Source of the DNA: Rhizaria sp. SCN 62-66
Taxonomy: Eukaryota
DNA length: 20,000 nucleotides
Assembly (NCBI GenBank): GCA_001724265.1
Contig: MEDY01000134.1
Location: 49,153-69,152 of the forward strand
Direction of reading: 5' to 3'
How positions within the stretch are numbered: the first letter of the stretch is position 1; each line of letters begins with the position of its first letter. The notes under the pieces are model-generated. The model did not search any database and was not told the DNA's origin. It saw only the letters and a list, made by a program, of their open reading frames with translations. A program made the position numbers and the translations under genes. Below are positions 1 through 10,075 of this stretch, piece by piece.

Positions 1-1
1 C

Positions 2-40
2 ACCCCCACGAGTACCCCCACGAGTACCGCCATGAGTACC
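2..40 (+). repeat. 12-bp tandem repeat ACCCCCACGAGT (2 perfect copies + 1 variant) encoding Thr-Pro-Thr-Ser
   Basis: 2-13 and 14-25 are identical; 26-37 is ACCGCCATGAGT. The ATG at 32 is an ACG>ATG variant within the third unit. Confidence 0.85.
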
Positions 41-3000
41 GGTGATAATCATAATAACGCGATGGTGTTCGCGCACGACGCGATCCTGTCCCCTTTCCGC
101 CGTCTCTTCATCGACGCCAGCGCCCATCATCCTCACTCCACCGCCGCCGCCGCCGCCGCTGCGACGATCGAGGCCCCCGTGACCATCCTGGACCGGAACC
201 GGTACTTGCACGTGTACTCCGGCCCCCACACCGGTCTCGCCGGCCCCGGTGCGGGCGAGGCCCGCGCGCTGCCCCTCGAAGCCGCGCCCGCCGGCGACAA
301 CCTCGACTTCCAGCTCGATTTCCTCGCGCGCGTGCTGTACGCCGAGTCCGTCGGCGAGTGCTTCAACGGCACCGTCGGCACCGAGAACGACGTCGTCAAC
401 ACCATCCCTGTGCACACGGACTCCAACGCGGCGCAGCTGACTAAGATCTCCGCCATCTCCGTCGCCACAGCTGCCGGTCCGCAGGGCGTCGCGGCCTTCA
501 AGGAGGCCGCCGAGGCTGCTGTGGAGGCCGCCGCCGCCCGCGAAGCCACCAAGGCGGCCGAGGAGGCCCAGCGCGCCGCTTTGGGCCTGCCCGCAGTCGT
601 CCCACTCGCTAATACAAGCGCCGGCTCTGAAGGCGGGGCGGCCACGCGTGCCGCCGCGCTCGCCGCCGCCACCACCGTGCGCGTGCAAGACGAGATCGAG
701 TCTCTGCAGTCAATCGCGCGCGCTCTGACGCAGCGCAGTGAGCAGGAGATTCGCCCACACTCGCTCGACTCGCACTCGGCGCGTGTCACACAGCTGACGG
801 AAGCGTTTGCAGCGATGCAGATCCGCGATTTCGCGCTCGACCTCTCCGAAGTCACAACGGCCATGAAGGCTGACATTGCCGCGGGCGTCCATGGCGCGCT
901 GGCGGAGGCCATCGCGGCGAACGCTCTGCGCAAGCCTCGCGTCGGTAACCGCGGGCGCATGGCCTCGTACGAGGTCGAGGACGCGTATCTGCGCCGCGGG
1001 TTCGCCCGCAATTCGTCAGATCTGCGCTTCTTCCGTCCCCTGGTCGCCGCGGGCACCCCGCCCAGCCTGAACGCCATGTACGGCCCGCGGCCGCACCAGA
1101 CGCTCAAGCTGTTCCGTCCCGTCGCGCGGATGTCGGGCCCCGTGATGATCAATCTCGCGACGAACCGGTCGAACCAGACGCGGCGTGCGACGGCGCTGGT
1201 CAACGGCTACGACAACGGCTTCGCGGGAGAACACGCCGCCATCGCCGCTGACTGCGCGTTTGCCTCCTCGGTCGACTCACTGGCCGCCGACCCCATGCCG
1301 TCGTCGCCGCCCATGATCCCGCGCGTCACGCTCCCCGTCTCCCGCCGCACTGTCGCGCTGGGGCTTGGTGCGTCGGGACCGGAGCGGCAGGTTGCGGCCC
1401 ACAGGCTCCGCGCACAGGCCAATCCCGCGCACAGGCCGGTGTCGGTCGCCGCCGCGGGCGCAGTCTACGACATCGTCGTACAGGTATGCTAAAGCAAAAG
1501 CGAACAACGTACTATGATGATATATCGCTCTATTAAGCTAAAATTGTGGTTTATTTGTGTCGTCAACATATTATTTATCTTATTTCCATATCATAATCTC
1601 TTATCTTGCCTCTCAATCTATAATTTTTGTTGATTCCCCCACTCTTGTAGGTGTTCCGCCGCGTGCTCGTGGAGCGCCCCTTCAACCTGGGCGACCCCAG
1701 CCAAGCCGGCACGTGGTCCCAGCGGCCCCAGCGCCCCGACGGCCTCATGACGTCCCTCACCGCGCCATTCGCGGGCCTCGCACAGTACGTCCGCTTGCTC
1801 AAGCAGTACGCGCCCATGCCGCTGACAGCACAGCTCGCAGCGCTGCAGATGCGCCGCCTCGCCGCCGAAGCCACCGCTGCCGCCGCCACCGCCGCTGCCA
1901 ACGGCGCCACAGCAACCCCCGCGGCTACGGCTGACCGTGCCCGCGCCGAGGCCGAGCTCGCGCAGATCACCGCCGCCGAGGCCGAGACCCACGCTGCCGG
2001 CGTCGCGGCCGGCGCCCGTGCCCGCGCGTTCCTGGCCGACTTCACCGCGATCCTCGCCCCCGCGCTAGAGCGCCTGCTCGCCGTGCGGACCGCGCAGCTG
2101 ATGCGCTACCGCGACCTCGTCACGCAGCGCATGCACGGCGCCGAACTGCTCGACACGGAACCCTTCGCGGCAGCGCTGCGGCAGCTGCACGAGGAAGCCG
2201 CTGCGCTCGCGGCGGCATACTCGTTCATCGCGCCGGAGAAGATCACGGAGAATAACGCGAATCCGCTGCGGTTTTCACCGGTGGCGGCGTATATGACGCA
2301 TATCACGCCCTATATCACCAATCTCGCCCCTGCACTGCGCTCGGCGGTGCCTGTGGCGCTTACCCCCGATGGCGCCGCCGCCGCCGCCGCCGCCGCTGCC
2401 GAGACTGCCGCTGCTGAGGCCACTGCTGCTAAGAAGGGCACTGGCAGTGGCAACAAGCGTGGTAACAACAGCGCGAACGCTGTGAATGCGAGTGCTTCTT
2501 TTGCGGTGGAGAGCGTTGATGTGCTGCCGTTCACCCCCGCAGCCACTGCAGTCTACACTTGGGCCGATGACAGCAACGCTGATGCCGAGGCCGCCGTTAT
2601 CGCTGTCCCCGCGCGCCGTGATCTTCTGGCCGGCGTCAACCCGCCCCAGCCGCTCGCAGGCGTGACCGTCGCCGAAGTCGCCGTCTTAGCCTCGCCCCCG
2701 CAGGCTCTGACGCGCGAGCACCTCGACATCTGGTCACGCGCCAACGCGACCCCGCGCGCCCTGCCCATCGCGCTGCCCGATCCGGCGGCGATCGCGGCGC
2801 AGCGGCCGGTGCCCGTGCCGGCGTCCGCGCCCGTCCACGCTCCAGGCATCCCCAGCGACTCACACTCTGGCTCCGCGAGGGCGACTGTGACTGCTCTGCC
2901 GTACACCGCGCTGTCCGCGGGCCCCTCGGCCGCTGCGCTGCTGCGCCTGGCCGAGGCGTCCCTCCCCGTCCCACTCGCTGGTCCCACCGACGACGCGCTC

Positions 3001-4929
3001 TCCCGCTCGCGTGTGCTCAACGAAGTCGCAGACGGCACGGGCGCGCTTAACTTCCGCCGCGGCGCGCTGCTGCAGCCGTCGCCGCGCACGCTCGTCTCCG
3101 CCGCGGCCGCTGCGCTCAGGCAGCGCGACGAGAAGGCGCTTTACACAGCATTGTACGCGTTATTCGCGTTCCGTCCTGCGCTGGAGAGGGAGTTGCAGCA
3201 TTTCGCAGACACGGGTGCTTGGAGCCAGTCTAGCCCCGCTAACAACAACAACAACTACAGCAACATCAGTGGCAATGCTGCTGACAGTAACGGGATGATG
3301 ACGGTGGTCAGTGCCGGCGCTCAGCAACAGCAGGCGCCTCTTGTCTTCCGTCGCGCCAACAACTTCCACCACCGCGTCGAGTCATCCGACTCTAACGGCA
3401 ACGGCAACAGTGAGAACAGCGACGCTGAGTCTTCTGCTGCGAATGGTGCCAACAACGGCAAGCCCGTGGCGCCCCTGTCTGCGATCCCCGCATCGCACAG
3501 GCTGGACCCATTCCTGTTGGACGACCTCGAGCTGACCCGCATGCACGCCAGCGGCCGCCAGTCGTTCCTGGGCGCCGTCCAGTCGATGTACTCGTTCATC
3601 GCGCAAAACGCCCTGCTGCAGACGCCCTGGGAGATCCCCAACGAGGGCTCGCCGGTCGAGGCGCGGCAGGCACGGCTGCTGTTGCGGCTCAAAACGCTTC
3701 AGAGCCTCCGCGCCGCGCCCGCCGGGCCCGGCGCCGCGGCGGCCGCGGTGGGGGCCGCCGCCGCTTCCGTCGTGACTGGCGGGACTGCTGGCGCTGGGAG
3801 CGGCGGCGCACCGAAGCCGGCGCTGCCGATCCCGGGCCTTAAGGTAGGGCTTCCCGGGCTGCCCACGAAGGTCGGCGGCGTGCTGCTGGGCGGGCTCAAT
3901 ACCTTCGCGATGCCGCAGCCGCTCGCACTCGCGAAACCCACCCCTGTCGCTAGCTCCGCCGCTTCTGCTGCTGCCACCGGTGGGGAGAGCGCGGGTGTGC
4001 GCGCCGCGGGCGGCGGTCTGCGCCGATCGTTCCTCCGCGGCGGCACCGGCACTGCCGCGGCGGCCGGCGCGCTGCAGACCGCCGGCGCCGGTGGCGCGGG
4101 CGCCGGCGCGGGCAAGGGCGGCGGCGTGCGCGACCTGCGCGATAAGATGTCTCAGGCCGAGCGGACGACGCGGCTGACGTATTCTCTCAGCGACGGCACT
4201 ACGTACTCGCGGCCGATGCTGGCGCAGCCGCCGACGGAGCTGTTGTCGGTGTTGGAAGGTGTGCAGGAGCAGATCGAGCGTGGACTGTTTGCGGATATGG
4301 ACGAGGTGAAGCTGGCCAAGGTTCTCAAGCAGGCCACCAGTCATCACCTCGCCACCCCCGCCACCCAGTCTCACAGCAAGTCTCAGGCTCAGACGACGAG
4401 CCAGATCCAGCTGCCTAACGCGGTCGCGTTCGCGCGACCCGACGTGCGCCGCGCCGTCGCGCAGCAGATGACTGCGACGCTGCTGGCCCAGGCCGGCGAG
4501 CTCGAGTCACTCGAGTCCCGCCTGCTGACCGCGTTGTACTCTTCGGTCGCGCGCATCAACGCCGTGTACGCCGCCGAGGACGCGGCGCCCACGTCCCCGT
4601 TCTCGGCCTCGGGTTCCGGATCCCATGCCGCGCGCGTCATGGCGCTTCCCTCCGTCGAGGGCGTGATCGAGACGGCGCTGTTCCTGGCCTGCGGGCGCGT
4701 GTTTGCGCAGCTGCGGCTGCTGCTGGACGAGGTCGCGCCCGCTCTGCCCACGGTCCCCAAGCAGAGCGACTTCGAGCCGCTGAGCGAGAAGCCCCAGCTG
4801 CGGATGCTGATGCCGAGTACGGGCAGCAAGATGTTCAGCACGACCACGTCGTCGTCGGAGCGAGGCGCGGTGTCGGCCGTGGAAGTGCCCGTGCAGCTAC
4901 CGCCTGTCGTCGAGCTCATGGGCTGGTAA
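2..4929 (+). CDS. Large Ala-rich hypothetical protein, probably 5'-partial; join(<2..1483,1651..4929), about 1,586 aa within the window
   Basis: ORFs 32..1492 and 1651..4929 join in frame through a phase-0 GT-AG intron (CAG|GTATGC ... TTGTAG|GTG), giving ...DIVVQ-VFRRVL.... Both exons have strong GC3 bias. The frame is already open at position 2 (TPTSTPTSTAM), so the start probably lies upstream. Stop TAA 4927-4929. No domain recognised. Confidence 0.8.
1484..1650 (+). other. Spliceosomal intron (GT-AG, 167 nt, phase 0) of the hypothetical gene
   Basis: Donor GTATGC at 1484, AT-rich interior, pyrimidine tract and TAG at 1648-1650; removal restores the reading frame. Confidence 0.88.
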
Positions 4930-5988
4930 ACTTGTAAGCTTAACTCTAAACTCTATAATGCCTGACACAAAGACAAAGCTTCAAAGCAACTTTGCTTTGC
5001 CATGATTTTTCAAGTGCTTTGTAACAACGATATTGTCTTCAAAGATGATAATATCGTCCCTTTATACTTTAATATTTATTCGCCACACTGCCAGGGTATG
5101 TTGTGTGTGGTTATTTTTAACAACGTTTCATGTTCGAAACGATATTGATAACTAACAATAACTTGTGGACGCTTTTTGAGTGTCGCACGCAGCATCAAAG
5201 CAAAACTGGATACTCTAATACAATCGACATCATGTTTCTACCGTTTAAAATCAACATGATGGTGCTATTTTCATCCACGCTAGTTAGTCAAGCTTCACTT
5301 CTGGACATCATTGCGTGACGGAGGGAGTTGTTTTGAGTACAATCAGACGATTTTATTAATCTTTTGGTTCAATATTAGATATGATTATAATCACAGTGCC
5401 GATATATGTTATCATCGCCACTGCTTTGTCACATGACACTGCAGCACTCCAAACAACAAACACACACTCACATGACACACATCGCATAGTCTCCGAATAA
5501 ACACAGAGTAAGATGATAAGCACAAAGAATGCAAACACCTAAAAAATGATAGACGAGAACATGCCGTGTGCGTGTGTGCAAGAGTATGCCGCTGCTGTAC
5601 GCGCAACGTGTCTTTTGCATAAATACAACAACCGCTCCATCACACACTTCTGAGAGTTCTCAGAAGCATCTTGGAATTGTTGACTGACTTTTACTACTAC
5701 TTATACGACTATCGAAAGGGAATATACAACAAACTAGAACTACTAACTAAAACATCACATTTTTTTTCGCACGTAGCTCAACAAAACAAGAGGAGAAAAA
5801 GAAAGGGGGAGTACAACAATCTGCATTGTTTGTCGCCTACATACTTTCTTCAAGATCTTGAAGCCGCGCTCTGAAACTGACGTACACCCAACCACAAACC
5901 ACACGCTCACTATTTTGAAATGAAATGAGAGATTGTGGACTTGACGCTCGGGTACTTAGCTTAGGCTTAAGCACTGGGGCGGCTTAAC

Positions 5989-7080
5989 TTACTTCTTGAA
6001 GGGGCGCGCCATGACCTGCTCGACGGCGGACACGACGTTGCGGATCTGGGGGTACCAGGCCTCCTCGAGGTTGAACGCATAGGGGTTGGGGACATCGGCG
6101 GTCGACACACGGACGGGGGGCGCGTCGATGTAGTCGAACGTGCCGGTCTCGGCCATAGCGGCGATGATCTCAGCGCCGACACCCGACTGGGGCCAGGCCT
6201 CCTCGACGGTGACGAGACGGCCAGTCTTCTTGACCGAGGCCGCGATGGTCTCGATGTCCATGGGGCGGATGGTACGGAGGTTGACAACCTCGGCAGAGAC
6301 GCCCTTGGCGGCGAGCTCCTCGGCGGCCTGCATCGCCGTCTGCATGCCCTTGGAGTAGGACACGATGGTGACGTCGGTGCCGGCGCGCTGGATCTTGGCC
6401 TTGCCGATCGGCAGCACGAAGTCGGGCGAGTTGTACTCCTCCGAGACCGGGAACGTCACACCGTACAGCAGCTCAGACTCGAGGAACACCACGGGGTTGT
6501 CGTCGCGGATCGCCGCCTTGAGCAGGCCCTTGGCGTCCTCGGCGTCATAGGGCGCGAGGACCTTGAGGCCGGGGACGGACGAGTACCAGGCCGCGAAGCA
6601 CTGCGAATGCTGCGCGCCGACCGCCGCGGCGGCGCCGTTGCAGCCGCGGAAGACGATGGGGGAGTTGATCTTGCCGCCGGACATGTAGTAGGTCTTGGCG
6701 GCCGAGTTGACGATGTGGTCGATGGCCTGCATGGAGAAGTTGAAGGTCATGAACTCGCAGATGGGGCGCAGACCGGCGAAGGCGGCGCCGACGGCGAGGC
6801 CCGTGAAGCCCATCTCGGTGATCGGGGTGTCGACAACGCGCTCGGGGCCAAACTTGGCGAGCATGCCCTTTGAGATCTTGTACGCGCCGTCGTACTGCGC
6901 AACCTCCTCACCGATGAGGAAGACGTTCTTATCGCGGGCCATCTCCTCGCACATGGCGTCGTTGAGCGCCTGACGCACCGTCGTCGAGGTCACGGGGGCG
7001 GAGGAGGCGGCCGCGGCAGTGGAGAAGCTGCGGGAGGCCACGCGGAGCGCGCCGGCCGTCTTGAGGGCAGTCTTGAACAT
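5989..7080 (-). CDS. PDHB: Pyruvate dehydrogenase E1 component beta subunit, mitochondrial (363 aa, intronless)
   Basis: Family motifs [79 protein letters not shown]. The N-terminus [21 protein letters not shown] is basic/hydroxylated without acidic residues, like a mitochondrial presequence. Stop TAA. Confidence 0.97.
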   Translation of the reverse strand: MFKTALKTAGALRVASRSFSTAAAASSAPVTSTTVRQALNDAMCEEMARDKNVFLIGEEVAQYDGAYKISKGMLAKFGPERVVDTPITEMGFTGLAVGAAFAGLRPICEFMTFNFSMQAIDHIVNSAAKTYYMSGGKINSPIVFRGCNGAAAAVGAQHSQCFAAWYSSVPGLKVLAPYDAEDAKGLLKAAIRDDNPVVFLESELLYGVTFPVSEEYNSPDFVLPIGKAKIQRAGTDVTIVSYSKGMQTAMQAAEELAAKGVSAEVVNLRTIRPMDIETIAASVKKTGRLVTVEEAWPQSGVGAEIIAAMAETGTFDYIDAPPVRVSTADVPNPYAFNLEEAWYPQIRNVVSAVEQVMARPFKK

Positions 7081-8207
7081 GCTGTGGGACGTGAGGGCGG
7101 TAGGGCGTTAACAGATGAGAGGGGCGGCGAGGGCACAAATCGGAGAAGCGGAGATAGGATACAGTGAGATACAACGGGTGAGCTAGAGGACGATTATGTG
7201 ATGAGAAGAAAGTTGAATAGTTAAGGTTTCTTAAAACAACGCTTGTTTTTGCATAGATAAGCCGTTCAGAGCGTGGTGAGCTCTCGAAAACGGAATACGT
7301 CATGATGCGGCTGCCAGTGGACATTGAGTTTCCACGGTCGTCGAGTCACGGAAGACAAGAGGGCGTGGCGACACAGCGTTTGCACGAGATGCATCCGCGA
7401 CCAGAGAAGCTTCACTATCAGTGTCCACGGTATATTATCATATGCGCTGCGTTTAAGCACGCGCCCGGCGACGGGGGCAGCGGCGCGAAAGTGAGGTGGC
7501 GATGACCGCAGTGCCCTGGGCTGGCGTCGCCGTTGGGTTCCCTTCACCGTGCACAAGCTTCTGCGCGCACACAAACGCGATAGCGCCCTACATCAAGTTG
7601 CCACATATCTAGAAACAATTGAGATTTCGCGAACAACGGTTCTTACAGAGCATAAAAGCCCGCTCAAAAGCCCGCCCCTAGTCAACAATCGACGGCTTAA
7701 CTTCCCGCGTCCGTGACCGAGTCGGCCACCGACAGACCGAGCTCTCTCACGGTCGCAGCCAGTCAGTCAAGCCCACAATGAGGCATTCAAGCGAGAGGTC
7801 AAAAGTGGTAGTAGACACCGTTTGAGGATGTATATCAGAGTTCATATGCTCTATGCGAAATTGGGATTGTTGTTTTGTTTTTCGTTTTCCGTGGCGATCG
7901 CTGTGGCACGCAGTATGCGAGTCGTTTTGGAATGCAGGGGACAAGATTCTCCTTCCAGAGCCTCGCTCCCTTTCCCTCTATGAAAAAACGGCATTCCCAG
8001 CCACTCACAACAGTTACACGTGCATTTCTATCACTATCCCAATCTTAAGTCACGGGATATATCTTTCTTTTCCTAACATGACGTCATTAACTCTGGTTTC
8101 TGCTTTTGATATGATGAAACGCTGACTCATCCTATCTGTCTATGTTCCCTCTGCACTCCGCTCCCATCCTCTCTCGCAACATTCCTAGACCCAGTCGTTT
8201 CCCCAAG
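7081..8207. promoter_or_regulatory. Divergent intergenic region between PDHB and the cyclophilin; putative bidirectional promoter
   Basis: Head-to-head genes 1,127 nt apart, pyrimidine-rich leaders on both sides, shared ATCCTATCT 9-mer, central AAAAGCCCGC direct repeat. Function is inferred from position. Confidence 0.55.
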
Positions 8208-8792
8208 ATGATGATCAAGTCCATCCTTGTTGGCCTCATCGGCCTGCTCGCGCTCGCCTGCGCTGACCCCACCATCACCAACAAGGTCTTTTTCGACATT
8301 TCCATCGACAACGTCCCCGCCGGCCGTGTCATCATGGGCCTCTTCGGCAACGACGTCCCCAAGACCGTCGAGAACTTCCGCGCCCTCTGCACTGGCGAGA
8401 AGGGCATGGGCTCCTCCGGCAAGCCCCTGCACTACAAGGGCTCGACCTTCCACCGCGTGATTCCGCAGTTCATGATCCAGGGCGGCGACTTCACCCACGG
8501 CACCGGCACTGGTGGCGAGTCCATCTACGGCGCTAAGTTCGCCGACGAGAACTTCAAGCTCAAGCACACCACGCCCGGCATGCTCTCCATGGCTAACGCG
8601 GGCCCCAACACCAACGGCTCGCAGTTCTTCATCACCACCGTGCAGACGCCGTGGCTGGACAACCGCCACGTGGTGTTCGGCAAGGTCGTCGAGGGCTACG
8701 ACATCGTCCGCAAGGTCGAGGCCCTCGGCTCTGGCTCTGGCCGCCCCGCCAAGAAGATCACCATCGCCGACTCCGGCGAGCTCCCCCTCTAA
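8208..8792 (+). CDS. PPIB: Cyclophilin-type peptidyl-prolyl cis-trans isomerase with signal peptide (CypB-like, 194 aa, intronless)
   Basis: Motifs [59 protein letters not shown]. Hydrophobic leader [19 protein letters not shown] from ATG 8208 (preferred to 8142). C-terminus SGELPL; stop TAA. Family is certain, PPIB orthology is inferred from the signal peptide. Confidence 0.93.
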   Translation: MMIKSILVGLIGLLALACADPTITNKVFFDISIDNVPAGRVIMGLFGNDVPKTVENFRALCTGEKGMGSSGKPLHYKGSTFHRVIPQFMIQGGDFTHGTGTGGESIYGAKFADENFKLKHTTPGMLSMANAGPNTNGSQFFITTVQTPWLDNRHVVFGKVVEGYDIVRKVEALGSGSGRPAKKITIADSGELPL

Positions 8793-10075
8793 GCGAATCA
8801 GCGGCTAAGTACGAAGCCCCCGAGCGCAAAGATGCGTGAAAGCGTCTCTGAAGAGATGAGAGTTTTGGTGTGATTGTTCTATGAGTAACAACATGAGTTG
8901 TGATGTCTGTTGTGTGTTTGTTTTTTTCTTACTTACTTAACTGGGATGAATACACAGAAACACGGATCTATCAAACACGTCTATTGCCATTATTTGTGGC
9001 ACTATTTGCTCTGAGGCTGCTGCTTGCTCGCTCGACGTTTGTGGTGGGGCAAGGGGGGCTGTTAGGGAGGAGGTATGACCGACAAGAATTTTATGGGCAC
9101 GAGATCATTCGATCGTTAACAGCATACACGCTGATGTATCCAATATCTCCGCACTTGATGTATACAGTTTCATTATATTTTCTCCTATAGCAAGCACCTG
9201 TGCACATTGAATCTCGTTTTCTGTTCTCCACAAGCGTCATCGTCATGTTGAGGAGAGCTTCATTCAGATTCACTGATTACCTTGCTATACGGCATTAAAC
9301 GCAATATTTCCTATTTGCACCGCACTGTCATGACGCATGTCTTAACGGACTTGGTTTAGTTGCTTAGCTAATCGATTTATGCTTGTTCTCTCACCCCTTC
9401 TTGACACTGTAGCTTCACTCGCCCGTCGCAAGATAGGAAAACTGGAGCCTACAACACCGTAGCCGCCCAATTTCCTCTTCCGCGTTGTCTTCTTCAGGCC
9501 CCCGCCCGTCCGCCTTACCGCACCCTTTCTCCTCCCTCGTCAACCACAGCCAAGGGCAAGGGCAGGCAGGCACGGGCAATCCTAATACCACCGATACGCT
9601 GAGTTCAAACGCTCCTGTTAACAGCAACAGCAGCAGCCGCGGCAACAGCAACAACTTGCTCCAAGTTCCCCATCAACAGCAGCAGCAACATCATTAGCGT
9701 AATTCATTGTCTCTGTCGGTCTCGTCAGCGTCGTCGGTTTGTAGTGACGATCATACCGAAGAGAAGCCTCTCACTGCACGCTACAACAATAACAACAACA
9801 GCAGCAGGAGCGCGTACAACAACGCTCAAACTGCTTCGGTTGCCAAACAACTCTCTCTAAACAACAACTACGATAACGAGCGCCTCGACGGTCGCAGTAA
9901 CATTCGTATCGCACCTTTGAACAGCAGCGCGTCTCCACAGCAACATCGCATCGCAACAATCGCTCCGGTCACTGTCACAGTTACCCAGGCGCAGTTTCTC
10001 TCTCTCGTCGACGATCTGAACAACAAGACCAACAACAATAGTCGCAAGAATAGCGATAGCGTGAGCCTAAGTACG

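Noticed and set aside
32..34. ATG 32 as the start of gene 1
   Set aside because: It is a variant unit of a coding 12-bp repeat and the frame is open to the window edge.
133..4919. Long antisense and alternative-frame ORFs over gene 1 (e.g. 133..1203, 3382..4374) and similar ones over the other genes
   Set aside because: Expected shadow ORFs of GC-rich, codon-biased exons; no recognisable protein features.
4930..5988. Short ORFs and CA/GT-rich patches in the convergent spacer
   Set aside because: AT-rich, no coding bias; best explained as 3' UTRs of gene 1 and PDHB.
7401..7468. U6-like CAGAGAAG and an SRP/Alu-like GCCGGGCGCG on the minus strand
   Set aside because: Short matches without the flanking conserved sequence of U6 or SRP RNA.
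8142..8207. Upstream in-frame ATG for the cyclophilin
   Set aside because: ATG 8208 directly opens a typical signal peptide; the extra 22 codons are pyrimidine-rich leader. An alternative isoform is not strictly excluded.
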